Of a DNA stretch of 64,000 nt, positions 1 to 13,879 are shown piece by piece. Both the position numbers and the translations under genes were made by a program. The stretch covers positions 136,476 to 200,475 of the forward strand of contig CAVYZN010000014.1 in the NCBI GenBank assembly GCA_963773065.1, given 5' to 3'. The stretch is from an uncultured Gammaproteobacteria bacterium (GTDB lineage Bacteria > Pseudomonadota > Gammaproteobacteria > UBA9214). A model generated the notes under the pieces. It made no database searches and had not been told where the DNA came from. It saw only the letters and a program-made list of their open reading frames with translations. Each line of letters begins with the position of its first letter. Within the stretch, counting starts at the first letter, position 1.

Positions 1-2
1 GG

Positions 3-491
3 ATAGCCCCCGACAAGTCCTATTTCGATCTGTGCGATGAAACGGGCAACACCCTGGAATGGCGGGTCCTGTATACGGACGCGGATATCACGGCACGGCG
101 GGTTGGCAACCTTATTCGATTCGAGGAAACCCGTAACGGTAAGACAATCCGCCGGGAGGTAGAGATCGATGAATCACCCTGGTTTCAGCCGCTTTCCTAC
201 GCCCTTGGCCGTTTCAGCCAGTCGCGCCTCGATTCGGTCGTCTTCTGGATGATCCGTCCGGATAATCTCGATGTCGTAAAGCTTCGAGCGAGCAGGCTTG
301 GCGATGAACAGGTCACGACCAGCGCCGGTCTGTTCCTCGCGCGCAAGATCAGCATTTCGGCGGATGGGTTTTTGTCTCACTTCTGGCAAGCCCATTACTG
401 GTTCCGACAGGCCGATGGCCTCTTTGTGCGCTATGAAGGCGCCAACGGTCTCCCGGGTACACAGACAACGACAATCCAGTTGGGCGGCTGA
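3..491 (+). CDS. Hypothetical protein, 5'-truncated by window edge
   Basis: The frame of ORF 249..491 stays open back to base 3 (IAPDKSYFDLCDETGNTLEWRVLY...) and stops at TGA 489-491. Confidence 0.7.
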   Translation: MAPDKSYFDLCDETGNTLEWRVLYTDADITARRVGNLIRFEETRNGKTIRREVEIDESPWFQPLSYALGRFSQSRLDSVVFWMIRPDNLDVVKLRASRLGDEQVTTSAGLFLARKISISADGFLSHFWQAHYWFRQADGLFVRYEGANGLPGTQTTTIQLGG

Positions 492-758
492 ACCGTTGCG
501 CACTCTCGGCAAGTCGAGGTGATACACCCGGGCCTCAACGATCGTGGTGAACCTGACTGAAGTGCCGGAACGCACATTGGCGCGCTACATGGGCCGCGAA
601 CAGGCTGCCTTGTATTTGCAAGGCCATTTTGCACGACATCTCGCGGCGTGATGCGGCGTCTGTGTTTATAAGCAAACGAGATCGGCCGCGCCTTCGGCTG
701 GCCCCGCTTCCTGGAAAAAAGGGGGGCATTCCTGCCGTGACTTAACGCTTCCTCCGGG

Positions 759-1319
759 TCAGGCCTCCGCTACCGCCAGGCGAGCCTGCCGTGCTGGCTG
801 ATTATAGAGGCGGATGGCGCTTTCACCGATCAGGCGCGCGGTGGCGACCGCCGATAGGCTGCCGGCCGGCAGTGCATAGAAGGGGTGCAGTTCGAATGCA
901 TGCACCAGCAAGGGGGCGGCCACCGACAGGCCGGTTGCAGCCATCACCGCCGCCATTTCCGGAACCCGCGCCTGGTCGTCGATATCCTGGCCGAACACCA
1001 GCGCGATTTCCAGGATCAGGTACAGGTTCATGCGCGTCAGCAGCGACGTGGCGCCGACCAAGCCGATCAGCTTGAGCGCCAGGCCAATACCGGGAAACAG
1101 TAACGGCATGTCCAGCAGCGTGCCGCCGACCAGTGACAGCGTCGCCTTGGCGTCGATCAGGCGCCGCGCCAACTGCACCGGGCTTTCGTCCGGATAGCGG
1201 CGTTGCAGCACCTGTATTGTTCTGCGAATCTCGCTCTTGCGCAGTCGAAGGAAAAAATAGAAAAACTGGTCGGTCGCCAGACTCTGGTATTGCGGCTTGT
1301 TCGAGCCGGATGTGCTCAT
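759..1319 (-). CDS. EcsC-like hypothetical membrane-associated protein
   Basis: 186-aa ORF with a pattern typical of EcsC-like proteins: RYPDESPVQLARRLI, a hydrophobic middle, then LILEIALVFGQDIDD. Confidence 0.6.
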   Translation of the reverse strand: MSTSGSNKPQYQSLATDQFFYFFLRLRKSEIRRTIQVLQRRYPDESPVQLARRLIDAKATLSLVGGTLLDMPLLFPGIGLALKLIGLVGATSLLTRMNLYLILEIALVFGQDIDDQARVPEMAAVMAATGLSVAAPLLVHAFELHPFYALPAGSLSAVATARLIGESAIRLYNQPARQARLAVAEA

Positions 1320-1474
1320 CGGAGAATCTACGCTCGCGCCTGTTACTGTTTAGGAGGGTATGCCGCCTGCGATGGCGCGTCAAGGCGACGGTAACCCCCC
1401 GCTCAAGCGAGCGCATCGAACTGCCGCCGACCCAAAAGCTGGGTTTTCTTGGCCACGCCGTTATAGTTGCGGTT

Positions 1475-2347
1475 TTATGACATCCGCATGACATCGCCGG
1501 ATATCATACCCGGTTCATGGTCTTCGTATACCTCGATATAGACGTCGTAGAAACCGAATCGAGATTGCACTTTTTGCTTCAACTCTTTGATGTCGTCCCG
1601 GCGATAAATGTCACCCTTTGTTCTTACCTTTGCCGCGAGCAGTATCTTTTCCGGGACGATGGCCCAGACGTGCACATCCTTCACATGGACAATGCGGGGA
1701 AAATTGCCAAGCAGGAACCGCTCCACCTCGTCCAGGTCGATCCCTTTTGGAATGCCCTCCATCAGAATGTTTATGCTCCCGCGCAGCATGTGATAAGTGG
1801 GATAGACAATCAGCAGGCCGATGAGGATGCTGGTGATGCCGTCGGCGGCATACAGCCCGGTCCAATGGATGATCAATGCGGAGACGATTACACCCACCGA
1901 CCCGAGCGTGTCGTTGAGGATGAGCAGGAAGGCGCCCTTGATATTGATATCTTTCGACTGCGTGTACAACATGATGAGGTTGAACACATTTACCGCAAGC
2001 CCAAGTAGCGCAACAATCAGCACAGGGATGGATTCAATCGGTTGGGGGTTGATAATTCGATGGTAGGCGTCAACGAGTACGTAAAACAGCATAAAGCCCA
2101 GCGCCGTGCCATTGAAAAGGCCGGACAGCACTTTCGCTCGCTCGTAACCGAAACTCAGATGCTTGTTCGGCAGCAGGCGGCTCAGCCGCTTGACGTAGTT
2201 GACCATGATCTGCCCAATGACGTTCACCGCCATGAACGAGGCATCGGTGACCAGCGCGAGACTGTTGTAGTGGAGACCGCCGGCCAGTTCTATGAAGAAG
2301 TAGAAGACCGTCAGCCAAAAAACAGTTGTTAGGCCGTCCTTGTTCAT
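1475..2347 (-). CDS. Cation diffusion facilitator (CzcD/ZitB-like) metal efflux transporter
   Basis: IELAGGLHYNSLALVTDASFM, SFGYERAKVLSGLFN, NIKGAFLLILNDTLGSVGV, DVHVW; about six TM segments. Confidence 0.9.
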   Translation of the reverse strand: MNKDGLTTVFWLTVFYFFIELAGGLHYNSLALVTDASFMAVNVIGQIMVNYVKRLSRLLPNKHLSFGYERAKVLSGLFNGTALGFMLFYVLVDAYHRIINPQPIESIPVLIVALLGLAVNVFNLIMLYTQSKDINIKGAFLLILNDTLGSVGVIVSALIIHWTGLYAADGITSILIGLLIVYPTYHMLRGSINILMEGIPKGIDLDEVERFLLGNFPRIVHVKDVHVWAIVPEKILLAAKVRTKGDIYRRDDIKELKQKVQSRFGFYDVYIEVYEDHEPGMISGDVMRMS

Positions 2348-2724
2348 GGGTCGATTCGGCAGGTTGGGTCACTGTTACGCTAGGCGAAACTGCTCCGAAG
2401 ACCCAGAATTCTATATTCCGTCATATTGCAGTAATATGACAGGCTGTAACAACGCAGTGCGAGCATCGATGTTGCTCCCGTTATTTCAGGAGAAACCCAT
2501 GTCCGAAAAGATCAAATCCGAAGTTCAGGAGGGGGAAGGTTCGCTCCGGCCGTGATGGCAGGCGGTGGCGCAGCACGCTGCGGCAACGGGACGGGCGCGA
2601 AGCATGCTCTGGTGCCGGGCAGAAGGCGCCGCTTACTGCGTGGAACTTTCCCCATTCCCGGTGGCCTTACCGTTTTAGGTATAATCCGCGGATTGTCCAT
2701 GCATTCCAGCGATCGCCACCCCTA

Positions 2725-3786
2725 ATGATAACCAGCGCCTCACGTCGCCGCCCCCGTTTGCTCGGGACACTGCTTATGGTGTTCGCGCTGCCGGGTTGCG
2801 GCCGGGGACCCGCGCCGGCCAGCGGCGTGAGCGAGCCGGTACATCTGGTCGAGACGGCGCCGGTAACCAGCGCCAGCTTGAGCGTGGTGCGCACCCGCAC
2901 CGGCACCCTGCGCGCCCTGCGGGAGGTGAAGATCCATACCCAGGAAGAAGGGCGCATCACCGCGCTGCCGGTCTATGAAGGCGACCGGGTAGTGGCGGGT
3001 GACGTGCTGGTGAAACTGGACGACGCCCTCATCAAGGCGCAGCTCGCCCGGGCCGCCGCCATGCGCAAGCAGGCCCAGGAGAACCTCAAGCGGCTGCAGG
3101 AACTGCGCGGCAAAAAGCTGGTCTCCGAGGATGAATATACCCGCTCCCTGACCCAGGTCGAGGTCTCCGAGGCCGACGAACAATTACTCACAACCCGCCT
3201 GGGCTACACCACCATCAAGAGCCCGCTGACGGGGGTGGTGAGCGAGCGGCTCTCGGAACTCGGCAACGTGGCCGAGCGCTACCAGCACCTGCTCACCATC
3301 TCCGACCCCTCGTCGCTGGTGACGCAACTGCCGGTCTCCGAACTCATCCTGCCCGACCTGGCCGTCGGCGATGTCGCCAGGGTGCGCATCGACGCCCTGG
3401 GCGACCGGGTTTACGAAGGCCGCATAACTCGCATCTATCCGACGCTCGACCCGCTGACGCGCCGCGGCACCATCGAGGTGGAAATCGCTCCGGTGCCCGC
3501 GGGGGCCGCGCCGGGCCAGCTCTGCCGGGTGGAACTCAGCACCCATGCCGCGCGCCGCCGGGTGATTCCATTCTCCGCGCTGCGCCGGGATGAGAAGAGC
3601 GAGTATGTATTCATCCTGGACGGCGAGGGCAGGGCGCAGCGCGTGGAGGTGAGCAGCGGTCTGCGTCTGGCGGAGAAGGTTGAAATCACGCAAGGCCTGG
3701 AAGATGGTCAGCAGGTCATCACCCGGGGTTTTCTGGGCCTGATCCCCGGGAAATCGGTCAAACGGGTCGAGCGCGCCGTACCCTGA
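2725..3786 (+). CDS. RND efflux periplasmic adaptor (membrane fusion protein)
   Basis: Lipobox-like N-terminus; VYEGDRVVAGDVLVKLD, TIKSPLTGVV and VEITQGLEDGQQVI; directly upstream of an RND permease. Confidence 0.92.
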   Translation: MITSASRRRPRLLGTLLMVFALPGCGRGPAPASGVSEPVHLVETAPVTSASLSVVRTRTGTLRALREVKIHTQEEGRITALPVYEGDRVVAGDVLVKLDDALIKAQLARAAAMRKQAQENLKRLQELRGKKLVSEDEYTRSLTQVEVSEADEQLLTTRLGYTTIKSPLTGVVSERLSELGNVAERYQHLLTISDPSSLVTQLPVSELILPDLAVGDVARVRIDALGDRVYEGRITRIYPTLDPLTRRGTIEVEIAPVPAGAAPGQLCRVELSTHAARRRVIPFSALRRDEKSEYVFILDGEGRAQRVEVSSGLRLAEKVEITQGLEDGQQVITRGFLGLIPGKSVKRVERAVP

Positions 3787-3788
3787 CG

Positions 3789-6700
3789 ATGTCCATACCG
3801 TTTTCACGCACCGGTGGGCTGGCGGCCTGGTCGATACGCCACCCCGTCGGCGTCACCATGATCGCGCTGGCCGTCATCGTGCTGGGCGTCTTTGCGCTTT
3901 CCCGCCTGGCCATCGACCTGCTTCCGCACCTGGTCTACCCCGAGGTGCGCGTGCGCATCATGGACCCCGGCGTTCCGGCCACGGTGCTGGAGGACCAGTT
4001 CACCCGGCAACTGGAAGAGCAACTGGCGATCACCGAGGATGCCACCGGCGTGCAGTCGCGCACCAGCGAGGGCGAGGTCATGGTGGATTTGTCGTTCGAC
4101 TACGGCAAGGACATCGATCTTGCGCTGCGCGATGCCAGTACCCGCCTGGACCGGGCCAAGCGCTACCTGCCGCAAACGCCGGATCCGCCCATGATCTCCA
4201 AACGCGATCCCGCGCAGATCCCGGCGCTGGAGTTCGTGGTGAGCTCGCCGCTGCGTGATCCGGTCGAGATGCGCACCTGGGTGGATGACGTGTTCAGCAA
4301 ATGGTTCATCAACCTGCCCGGTGTGGCCGCGGCCGAAGTGGGAGGCGGGCTCATACGCGAGATCCAGGTGCTGCCCGACCAGCAGCGCCTCGCCGGCGTG
4401 GGTCTCACCATGCAGGATGTCATCGCCGCCCTGCAGCGGGGCAACCGTGAAGACCCGGCGGGCCGCCTGAAGATGTCGCAGCAGGAACTCTCCGGGCGCA
4501 TCAGCGGGCGCTTCACCAGCGTGGAGCAGATCGCCGAGCTGCCGCTGCAACTTCGCCAGGGCGGCATGATTCACCTGCAGGAGGTGGCCGAGGTCATCGA
4601 CAGTCATCAAGACGAGCGCCTGCGGGTGCGCGTCAACGGGGTGCCCGGCATCAAGCTCTCGATACAGAAACAGCCGACGGCCAACACCGTCGCCGTCGTC
4701 GATGCCGTGCGGGAACGTCTGGACTGGCTCAGGGCCGAGGGCCTGGTCCCGCAAGACATCGCTATCCGCAACGTGTCCGACCAGTCCGTCTACATCCGCC
4801 AGGCCTTATCGAATTCGAGCCATGCGGTCATCAGCGGCGCTCTGCTCGCCATGGCGGTGGTGTATCTCTTTCTCGGCAACCTGCGCCGTACCCTCATCAT
4901 CGGCAGCGCCATTCCGATCGCGATCATGGTCACCTTCGTGATCATGGCCCTGGGGGGGCTCACGCTCAACATCATGACCCTGGGCGGCCTGGCGCTGGGG
5001 GTCGGCATGATCGTGGACAACACCATCGTGATGCAGGAGAACATCTATCGCCACCAATGCCTGGGCGAGGGGGGTCTGGACGCCGGCACCCACGCCGCGC
5101 AGGAGGTGAACAGCGCCATCGTCGCCTGCACCACCACCCATCTGGCGGCGGTGCTGCCATTTCTGTTCATCGGCGGACTGACGGGGTTGTTGTTCCGGGA
5201 ACTGATCTACACCATTTCCGCGGCCATACTGGCGTCCCTGGTCATCGCCCTGACGCTGGTGCCGGCGCTGGCCGCCAGGGTGCTCACCGTGGACAGCGGC
5301 CGGCTGCGCCGCCGGGTGGATGCCGGCATGCGCTGGTTGCAGGACCGTTATGTCAGCCTGCTTACCCGCGTTCTGGGTTACCCGTACCTCGTGATTCTGG
5401 TCTTCGTGTTGATGCTGGGGATCACCATCCAGGCCTTCTTCGGCAGGCAGGAGGTCTTTCTGCCGTCCATGGACGATGGCCGGATCACCGTCAACGTGTA
5501 CGCGGATCCGGGTGTGACCCTGGATGATATGGATCGCAGCGTCCAGATCCTCGAAGCCCTGTTTGAACGGCAGCCGGAAGTGGAGCATGTATTTACCATC
5601 GTAGGCGGGTCCATCTTCGGCCGCACGCAGCGCGAGGAACCGAGCACCAGCACGCTGAATGTGCAACTGGTGCCCTTGTCACGGCGGAACATCAGCAGCG
5701 AGGAATGGATCAAGCGCATGAACCAGGCAATTGCCGATAAGCAACTGGCCGGGCTGTATGTCAGGCTGTGGACCGAAGGCATACGCGGTATACGCAGCAG
5801 CGGCGGCGATGATGATATCAGCCTGCGCATACAGGGTCCGGATCTGAAAATCCTCAAATCGACCGCCGATGAGGTCGTGCGGCGCCTGAAACAGCTCGGC
5901 GGGCTGCGTAACGTGCAGCACTCCGCGCAGGAAGTGAATCATGAAATCATCATCGATATCGATCGGGAACGCGCCAGCGCCCTCGGCCTGGACGTCGAGG
6001 ATGTCGGCGTCGCCTTGCGCATCGCCCTGGAGGGCCAGTTGGTGACGGACTATATCGAGGGCGACCGCAGCTACGACGTGCGCCTGCGTCTGCCGCCGGT
6101 GGAGGCGGCCAATCCCCAGGAGCTGGAGTCGGTGCTGCTGTTCCCCGAGCAGGCGGACCGCAAGGCCATCTACCTGGGCGATGTCGCCCGGGTCAATCTC
6201 ATCGAAACCGCCGACGAAATCCGGCGCGATAACCAGCAGCGGATTGTTGAAGTGAGCGCCAGGGTCGATGCGGGCGCAACCCTCGGCGACCGCCTCGCCG
6301 CCATTGACGAAAAGCTGCAGGACCTCTCCCTGCCCTCGGGGTATACGCTCTATGATGGCGGCGCCCGCAAGGCGCTGCAGGAAAGCCAGTCCATGACGCG
6401 AACGCTGCTGTTCCTGGCCCTGTTCCTGGTGTTCGTGGTGATGGCCATACAGTATGAGTCGCTGCGCAATCCCTTCATCATCCTGCTGAGCGTGCCGTTC
6501 GCCGTCATCGGCGTGGCGATCGGCCTCTATGCCACCGGGCTGCCGATGTCGATGCCGGTCAAGCTCGGCGTGATCATGCTGGCCGGCATCGTGGTGAGCA
6601 ACGCCATCGTGCTGGTCGAATTCGTCGAGATCGTGCGGGAGCGGGGCCGCTCCATCCGCGAGGCCATACTCGAGGCGGCGCGCCAGCGGCTGCGCGCCAT

Positions 6701-6908
6701 CCTCATGACCACGCTCACCACCGTCGTCGGCACGCTGCCGCTCGCCATCGGCATCGGGGAAGGTTCCGAGATGCTCAGACCCCTGGCCGTCACCGTCGTC
6801 GCCGGGCTTACCTTCTCGATGCTGGTGAGCCTGCTGCTGGTGCCGGTGTTCTACGAGTTGACGCATCTGAGGCAATGGCGGATAAAGGCGGCGGCGCGCC
6901 GGGCATGA
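3789..6908 (+). CDS. RND efflux permease subunit (AcrB/AcrD/AcrF family)
   Basis: 1039 aa; SIRHPVGV, LNIMTLGGLALGVGMIVDNTIV, QYESLRNP, RLRAILMTTLTT, PLAVTVVAGL. Confidence 0.95.
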   Translation: MSIPFSRTGGLAAWSIRHPVGVTMIALAVIVLGVFALSRLAIDLLPHLVYPEVRVRIMDPGVPATVLEDQFTRQLEEQLAITEDATGVQSRTSEGEVMVDLSFDYGKDIDLALRDASTRLDRAKRYLPQTPDPPMISKRDPAQIPALEFVVSSPLRDPVEMRTWVDDVFSKWFINLPGVAAAEVGGGLIREIQVLPDQQRLAGVGLTMQDVIAALQRGNREDPAGRLKMSQQELSGRISGRFTSVEQIAELPLQLRQGGMIHLQEVAEVIDSHQDERLRVRVNGVPGIKLSIQKQPTANTVAVVDAVRERLDWLRAEGLVPQDIAIRNVSDQSVYIRQALSNSSHAVISGALLAMAVVYLFLGNLRRTLIIGSAIPIAIMVTFVIMALGGLTLNIMTLGGLALGVGMIVDNTIVMQENIYRHQCLGEGGLDAGTHAAQEVNSAIVACTTTHLAAVLPFLFIGGLTGLLFRELIYTISAAILASLVIALTLVPALAARVLTVDSGRLRRRVDAGMRWLQDRYVSLLTRVLGYPYLVILVFVLMLGITIQAFFGRQEVFLPSMDDGRITVNVYADPGVTLDDMDRSVQILEALFERQPEVEHVFTIVGGSIFGRTQREEPSTSTLNVQLVPLSRRNISSEEWIKRMNQAIADKQLAGLYVRLWTEGIRGIRSSGGDDDISLRIQGPDLKILKSTADEVVRRLKQLGGLRNVQHSAQEVNHEIIIDIDRERASALGLDVEDVGVALRIALEGQLVTDYIEGDRSYDVRLRLPPVEAANPQELESVLLFPEQADRKAIYLGDVARVNLIETADEIRRDNQQRIVEVSARVDAGATLGDRLAAIDEKLQDLSLPSGYTLYDGGARKALQESQSMTRTLLFLALFLVFVVMAIQYESLRNPFIILLSVPFAVIGVAIGLYATGLPMSMPVKLGVIMLAGIVVSNAIVLVEFVEIVRERGRSIREAILEAARQRLRAILMTTLTTVVGTLPLAIGIGEGSEMLRPLAVTVVAGLTFSMLVSLLLVPVFYELTHLRQWRIKAAARRA

Positions 6909-7115
6909 GGCGCCGCGCCGGCAACCGCTCGTGGCGATGGGTTAGAATTGGCCGAGTGACCCCAAAGGATTAATGGCAATTGCCCAGATGATTAAATGGC
7001 CACGGAATCACACGGAAACACACTGAATTGCCGACAAATTCAAAATCTTTCCGTGTTCTTCCGTGTGTTTCCGCTGACCATCACCTCTGGTCGTACCTGG
7101 ATTCCGATAGTGTCT

Positions 7116-9215
7116 ATGGCGCACAATCTCTACATCACCGGTGCCGAATCCGGCAGCGGCAAATCGGTCATCGTGCTGGCGGTGATGGAACTGCTGTCGG
7201 GTTATGCCGAGAAGGTCGGCATCTTCCGCCCCGTGGTGCGCAGCGCACCGGAGCACGACCACCTGCTGCGCCTGATCACCACGCGCTACCACCTGGATTA
7301 CCCGCCCGAGTCGCTCTACGGCGTCAACCTGGAAACGGCCCGCGAACTGGTCAAGGCGAACCGCTACGATGAGCTGCTGCGCATCATCCTGGACAAGTTC
7401 GCCATGCTCAATGCCGGCTGCGAGCATGTGCTGTGCATCGGCACGGATTTTACCGGCGTCGGCGGCATGACGGAGTTCGATTTCAACGCGGATGCCGCCA
7501 ACAACCTCGGCTGCCTGCTGCTGCCCGTGGTGAGAGGCAAGGACCGGGGACCGCAGGAGGTCGCCGATGCCGCCACCGCGTTCCTTAAGTCGCTGCGGGA
7601 CCGGGATTGCGATATCGCGGCCACCATCGTCAACCGCGTCACGAGCGGCGATGTCGCCGCGGTGACCGCCGAACTGCGCCGCCGGCTGCAGGGGGAGGCG
7701 CCGGTTTACGTGGTGCCGGAAGAGCCCCTGCTCGGCAAACCCACCATGCGTGATATCGCCCGCGCCCTGAACGCGCGGCTCTACCATGTCGCCGAAGACG
7801 GCCTGAATCGCGAGGTGCGCAACTTCAAGGTGGCGGCGATGCAGTTGCCGGACTTTCTTTCCCATATCGAGGAGGGCAGCCTGATCGTCACGCCCGGCGA
7901 CCGCGCCGACATCATCCTGGGCAGCATCATCTCCTATACCTCGAAGGCCTACCCGGCGATTGCCGGCATCCTGCTGACCGGCGGGCAGGAACCGGCCGCG
8001 CCGGTGATGAAACTGATCGCGGGCCTGGGCAATCCACCCGTGCCCATCATCGGCGTGGAGACGGATACCTTCACCACCGCCATGAACATCACCACGGTCA
8101 CGGCGGTGCTCACGCCGGAAGACACGCGCAAGATCGCCGCGGGCCTGGGTGTGGTGGAGCAGTCGGTTGATCTTGCGGCCCTGCGCCTGTGCCTGCAGAC
8201 CTCGCGTTCGACGCGCGTCACCCCCTTCATGTTCGAACACGAACTGATCCGGCGGGCGAAGGCGAGACGCATGCGCATCGTGCTGCCGGAAGGGCTGGAT
8301 GAACGCATCCTGCGCGCCGCCGAGATGCTGCGCTTGCGCGACGTGGTCGATCTGACCCTGCTCGGCGACCCGCAAGCCGTACGAGCCCGGATCAATGACC
8401 TGGGGCTGCAGCTCGACGCCATCGAGATCATCGACCCGCTCACCTCCACCCGGCGCGAGCCGTTCGCCGATACCTATTACGAGTTGCGCAAGCACAAGGG
8501 CATCTCCCGCGAAATGGCGTTCGATGCGATGGCCGACGTGAGCTACTTTGGCACCATGATGGTCCACCATGGCCAGGTCGACGGCATGGTATCGGGCGCG
8601 CTGCACACCACGCAACACACCGTCCGGCCGGCCTTCGAGATCATCCGCACGCGGCCCGGGACCTCGATCGTCTCCAGCGTCTTCCTGATGTGCCTCGAGG
8701 ACCGCGTGCTGGTCTACGGCGATTGCGCCATCAACCCGGACCCGAGCGCCGAGCAGCTCGCCGACATCGCCATCAGCTCGGCCGCGACGGCGCGCATGTT
8801 CGGCATCGAACCGCGCGTCGCCATGCTGTCCTATTCCACCGGTGAATCCGGCAAGGGCGCGGCCGTCGACAAGGTGGCGAAGGCCACGGCGCTGGCCCGG
8901 CGGCTGCAGCCCGGCCTGCTGGTGGAGGGGCCGATCCAGTACGACGCCGCGGTGGACGCGAGCGTCGCCCGCACCAAGATGCCCGGCAGCCAGGTCAAGG
9001 GCCAGGCGACGGTGTTCATCTTTCCCGACCTCAATACCGGCAACAACACCTACAAGGCGGTGCAGCGTTCGGCGAACGCGGTGGCCATCGGACCGATACT
9101 GCAGGGCCTCAATAAACCGGTCAACGACCTGAGCCGCGGCTGCACCGTCGCCGATATCGTCAACACCGTGGCGATCACCGCCATCCAGGCGCAGGCCGAC
9201 CGGCCCGGGGCATGA
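7116..9215 (+). CDS. pta: Phosphate acetyltransferase (long form with AAA_26/DRTGG domains)
   Basis: LYITGAESGSGKS, IVTPGDRADII, RIVLPEG, GPIQYDAA, FPDLNTGNNTYKAVQR, PVNDLSRG. Start taken at ATG 7116. Confidence 0.96.
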   Translation: MAHNLYITGAESGSGKSVIVLAVMELLSGYAEKVGIFRPVVRSAPEHDHLLRLITTRYHLDYPPESLYGVNLETARELVKANRYDELLRIILDKFAMLNAGCEHVLCIGTDFTGVGGMTEFDFNADAANNLGCLLLPVVRGKDRGPQEVADAATAFLKSLRDRDCDIAATIVNRVTSGDVAAVTAELRRRLQGEAPVYVVPEEPLLGKPTMRDIARALNARLYHVAEDGLNREVRNFKVAAMQLPDFLSHIEEGSLIVTPGDRADIILGSIISYTSKAYPAIAGILLTGGQEPAAPVMKLIAGLGNPPVPIIGVETDTFTTAMNITTVTAVLTPEDTRKIAAGLGVVEQSVDLAALRLCLQTSRSTRVTPFMFEHELIRRAKARRMRIVLPEGLDERILRAAEMLRLRDVVDLTLLGDPQAVRARINDLGLQLDAIEIIDPLTSTRREPFADTYYELRKHKGISREMAFDAMADVSYFGTMMVHHGQVDGMVSGALHTTQHTVRPAFEIIRTRPGTSIVSSVFLMCLEDRVLVYGDCAINPDPSAEQLADIAISSAATARMFGIEPRVAMLSYSTGESGKGAAVDKVAKATALARRLQPGLLVEGPIQYDAAVDASVARTKMPGSQVKGQATVFIFPDLNTGNNTYKAVQRSANAVAIGPILQGLNKPVNDLSRGCTVADIVNTVAITAIQAQADRPGA

Positions 9216-10417
9216 ACATCCTCGTCATCAATTCGGGGAGTTCCTCCGTCAAGTACCAGGTCCTCGACATGGCGGACGGGACCGTGCTCACCGGCGGGCG
9301 GCTGGAGCGCATCGGCGAGCCGGAAAGCCGGCTGACCCACCATTGGCGGGACGCCGCGGGCGCGCGGCATGAGATAATCCGCAGCGATCCGGTGCCCGAC
9401 CATGCGCACGCCTTCGAGCGGATCGCGGCGGCGATGCGGGAGTCGGGTTCGGCCGGGCAGATTGCCCTCGACGGCATCGGGCATCGCGTCGTGCACGGCG
9501 GCGAGCGCTTTCAGGCGCCGACCCGGATCGACCGGGAGGTGGTCGAGGCGCTGCGCGCCATGAGCGCGCTCGCCCCGCTGCACAACCCGCCCAACCTCGC
9601 CGGCATCGAGGTCTGCCTGGCGCTGTTTCCCGAGGTGCCGCAGGTGGCCGTGTTCGACACCGCGTTTCACCAGACCCTGCCCGCGCACGCCTTTCGCTAC
9701 GCCGTGCCGGAGAGCTGGTATCGCGGCCATCACGTGCGCCGCTACGGCTTCCACGGAACCTCACACGCCTATGTCGCCCGGCAGGCAGCCGCCCACCTGC
9801 AACGGCCCCTCGCGTCCCTCAATCTGATCACCCTGCATCTCGGCAATGGCGCCAGCGCCGCGGCCATCCAGTCGGGCCGCTGCGTCGACACCTCCATGGG
9901 CTTCACGCCGCTCGAAGGCCTGATGATGGGCACCCGCAGCGGCGATATCGACCCGGCCATTCTGTTCTATCTCAACCGCGAGACCGGCATCGACCTCGAA
10001 GACCTGGACTACCAGCTCAACCAGGAAAGCGGGCTCAAGGGCATCTGCGGCGTCAACGACATGCGCGAGGCGCAGCGGCTCGCCGCGGCCGGCGACGAAC
10101 GCGCCCGGCTCGCCATCGACATGTACTGCTACCGCATACGCAAATACATCGGCGCCTACTACGCGGTGCTCGGCCGCCTCGATGCCCTGGTGTTCACCGC
10201 CGGCATCGGCGAGAACTCGCCGCCGATCCGAAAGCAGTCCTGCGCGGGCCTGGAGCGGTTCGACATCCGTATCGACGACGCCCGCAACGCGCAACCCTGC
10301 GCGGGCGTGCTCGAAATCCAGGCCGAGGCCGCCCCGGTCAGGGTGCTCGTCGTCCCGACGAATGAAGAAATCGAGATCGCCCACCAGACGCTGGCCTGCC
10401 TGATGGTGCGCGCGTAA
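9212..10417 (+). CDS. ackA: Acetate kinase
   Basis: ILVINSGSSSVKY, GHRVVHGG, APLHNP, RYGFHGTSH, DTSMGFTPLEG, PTNEE; ATGA overlap with pta. Confidence 0.97.
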   Translation: MNILVINSGSSSVKYQVLDMADGTVLTGGRLERIGEPESRLTHHWRDAAGARHEIIRSDPVPDHAHAFERIAAAMRESGSAGQIALDGIGHRVVHGGERFQAPTRIDREVVEALRAMSALAPLHNPPNLAGIEVCLALFPEVPQVAVFDTAFHQTLPAHAFRYAVPESWYRGHHVRRYGFHGTSHAYVARQAAAHLQRPLASLNLITLHLGNGASAAAIQSGRCVDTSMGFTPLEGLMMGTRSGDIDPAILFYLNRETGIDLEDLDYQLNQESGLKGICGVNDMREAQRLAAAGDERARLAIDMYCYRIRKYIGAYYAVLGRLDALVFTAGIGENSPPIRKQSCAGLERFDIRIDDARNAQPCAGVLEIQAEAAPVRVLVVPTNEEIEIAHQTLACLMVRA

Positions 10418-10520
10418 ACCGGGGCACGGCTTCTGAATACAACCACCGCCCGTTGCTACATCCTGGCGCTGGCGATCAGTTACAATGCCGGGTCATTCAT
10501 GAATCCCCCAGGGGTAAGGC

Positions 10521-12217
<1,697 letters not shown>

Positions 12218-12218
<1 letters not shown>

Positions 12219-12432
12219 TGACGCCGGAAGAGATGCAGCGCCTTGTCGCCAGCGGTGAAACTTTAACCGTCGAGTTCAAGGGCGAGGAACGATCACCGCT
12301 CAACGACCGGGAATTGGTCGAAGCGGTGGTTTGTCTCGCCAACCGCACCGGCACCGAGCCCGCATGGCTGATCGTCGGCGTCGAAGACGACGGGCGCGTC
12401 ACCGGCGCGCGCCCTCGGCACGGCAACGCAAC
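12218..12432 (+). pseudogene. AlbA_2 (Schlafen-like) domain protein, truncated by IS3
   Basis: GETLTVEFKGE...VVCLANR...LIVGVEDDGRVTG. The ATG overlaps the hsdM stop (TGATG). The rest of the gene is not found after the IS. Confidence 0.8.
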
Positions 12433-12479
12433 TGAACCGCCCCGGGTTTACCGGAGACTCCATTTCTTGAGAGGATGGG

Positions 12480-13702
<1,223 letters not shown>

Positions 13703-13795
13703 CTCAAACAACCGAGTCTCCGGAATTCCCGGGGCGGTTCAGTATTCTTCACGCCCGGCCGCTACGTGGTCGCTAAGGCCGTCGTTGATAGCTAA

Positions 13796-13879
13796 GGTGA
13801 TACTGTTGGGGTCATCACCGTGTACCATCATGATCCAACACAATGGGAAGATGGATTTATACAATGGAGAAAACCATGA
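13796..13879 (+). pseudogene. C-terminal remnant of DUF4258-like toxin
   Basis: GDTVGVITVYHHDPTQWEDGFIQWRKP*; its stop overlaps the ATG of the zinc-finger gene. The VITVY..D...W tail is typical of DUF4258. Confidence 0.6.

Noticed and set aside
2499-2555. Short ORF MSEKIKSEVQEGEGSLRP with a GGAG RBS
   Set aside because: 18 codons with no recognisable family; it could be a remnant or chance.
3804-9754. Long antisense ORFs (e.g. 5679..6875, 7008..8618), with similar ones at 23598 and 47156
   Set aside because: They are shadow frames of GC-rich genes with clear sense-strand identity.
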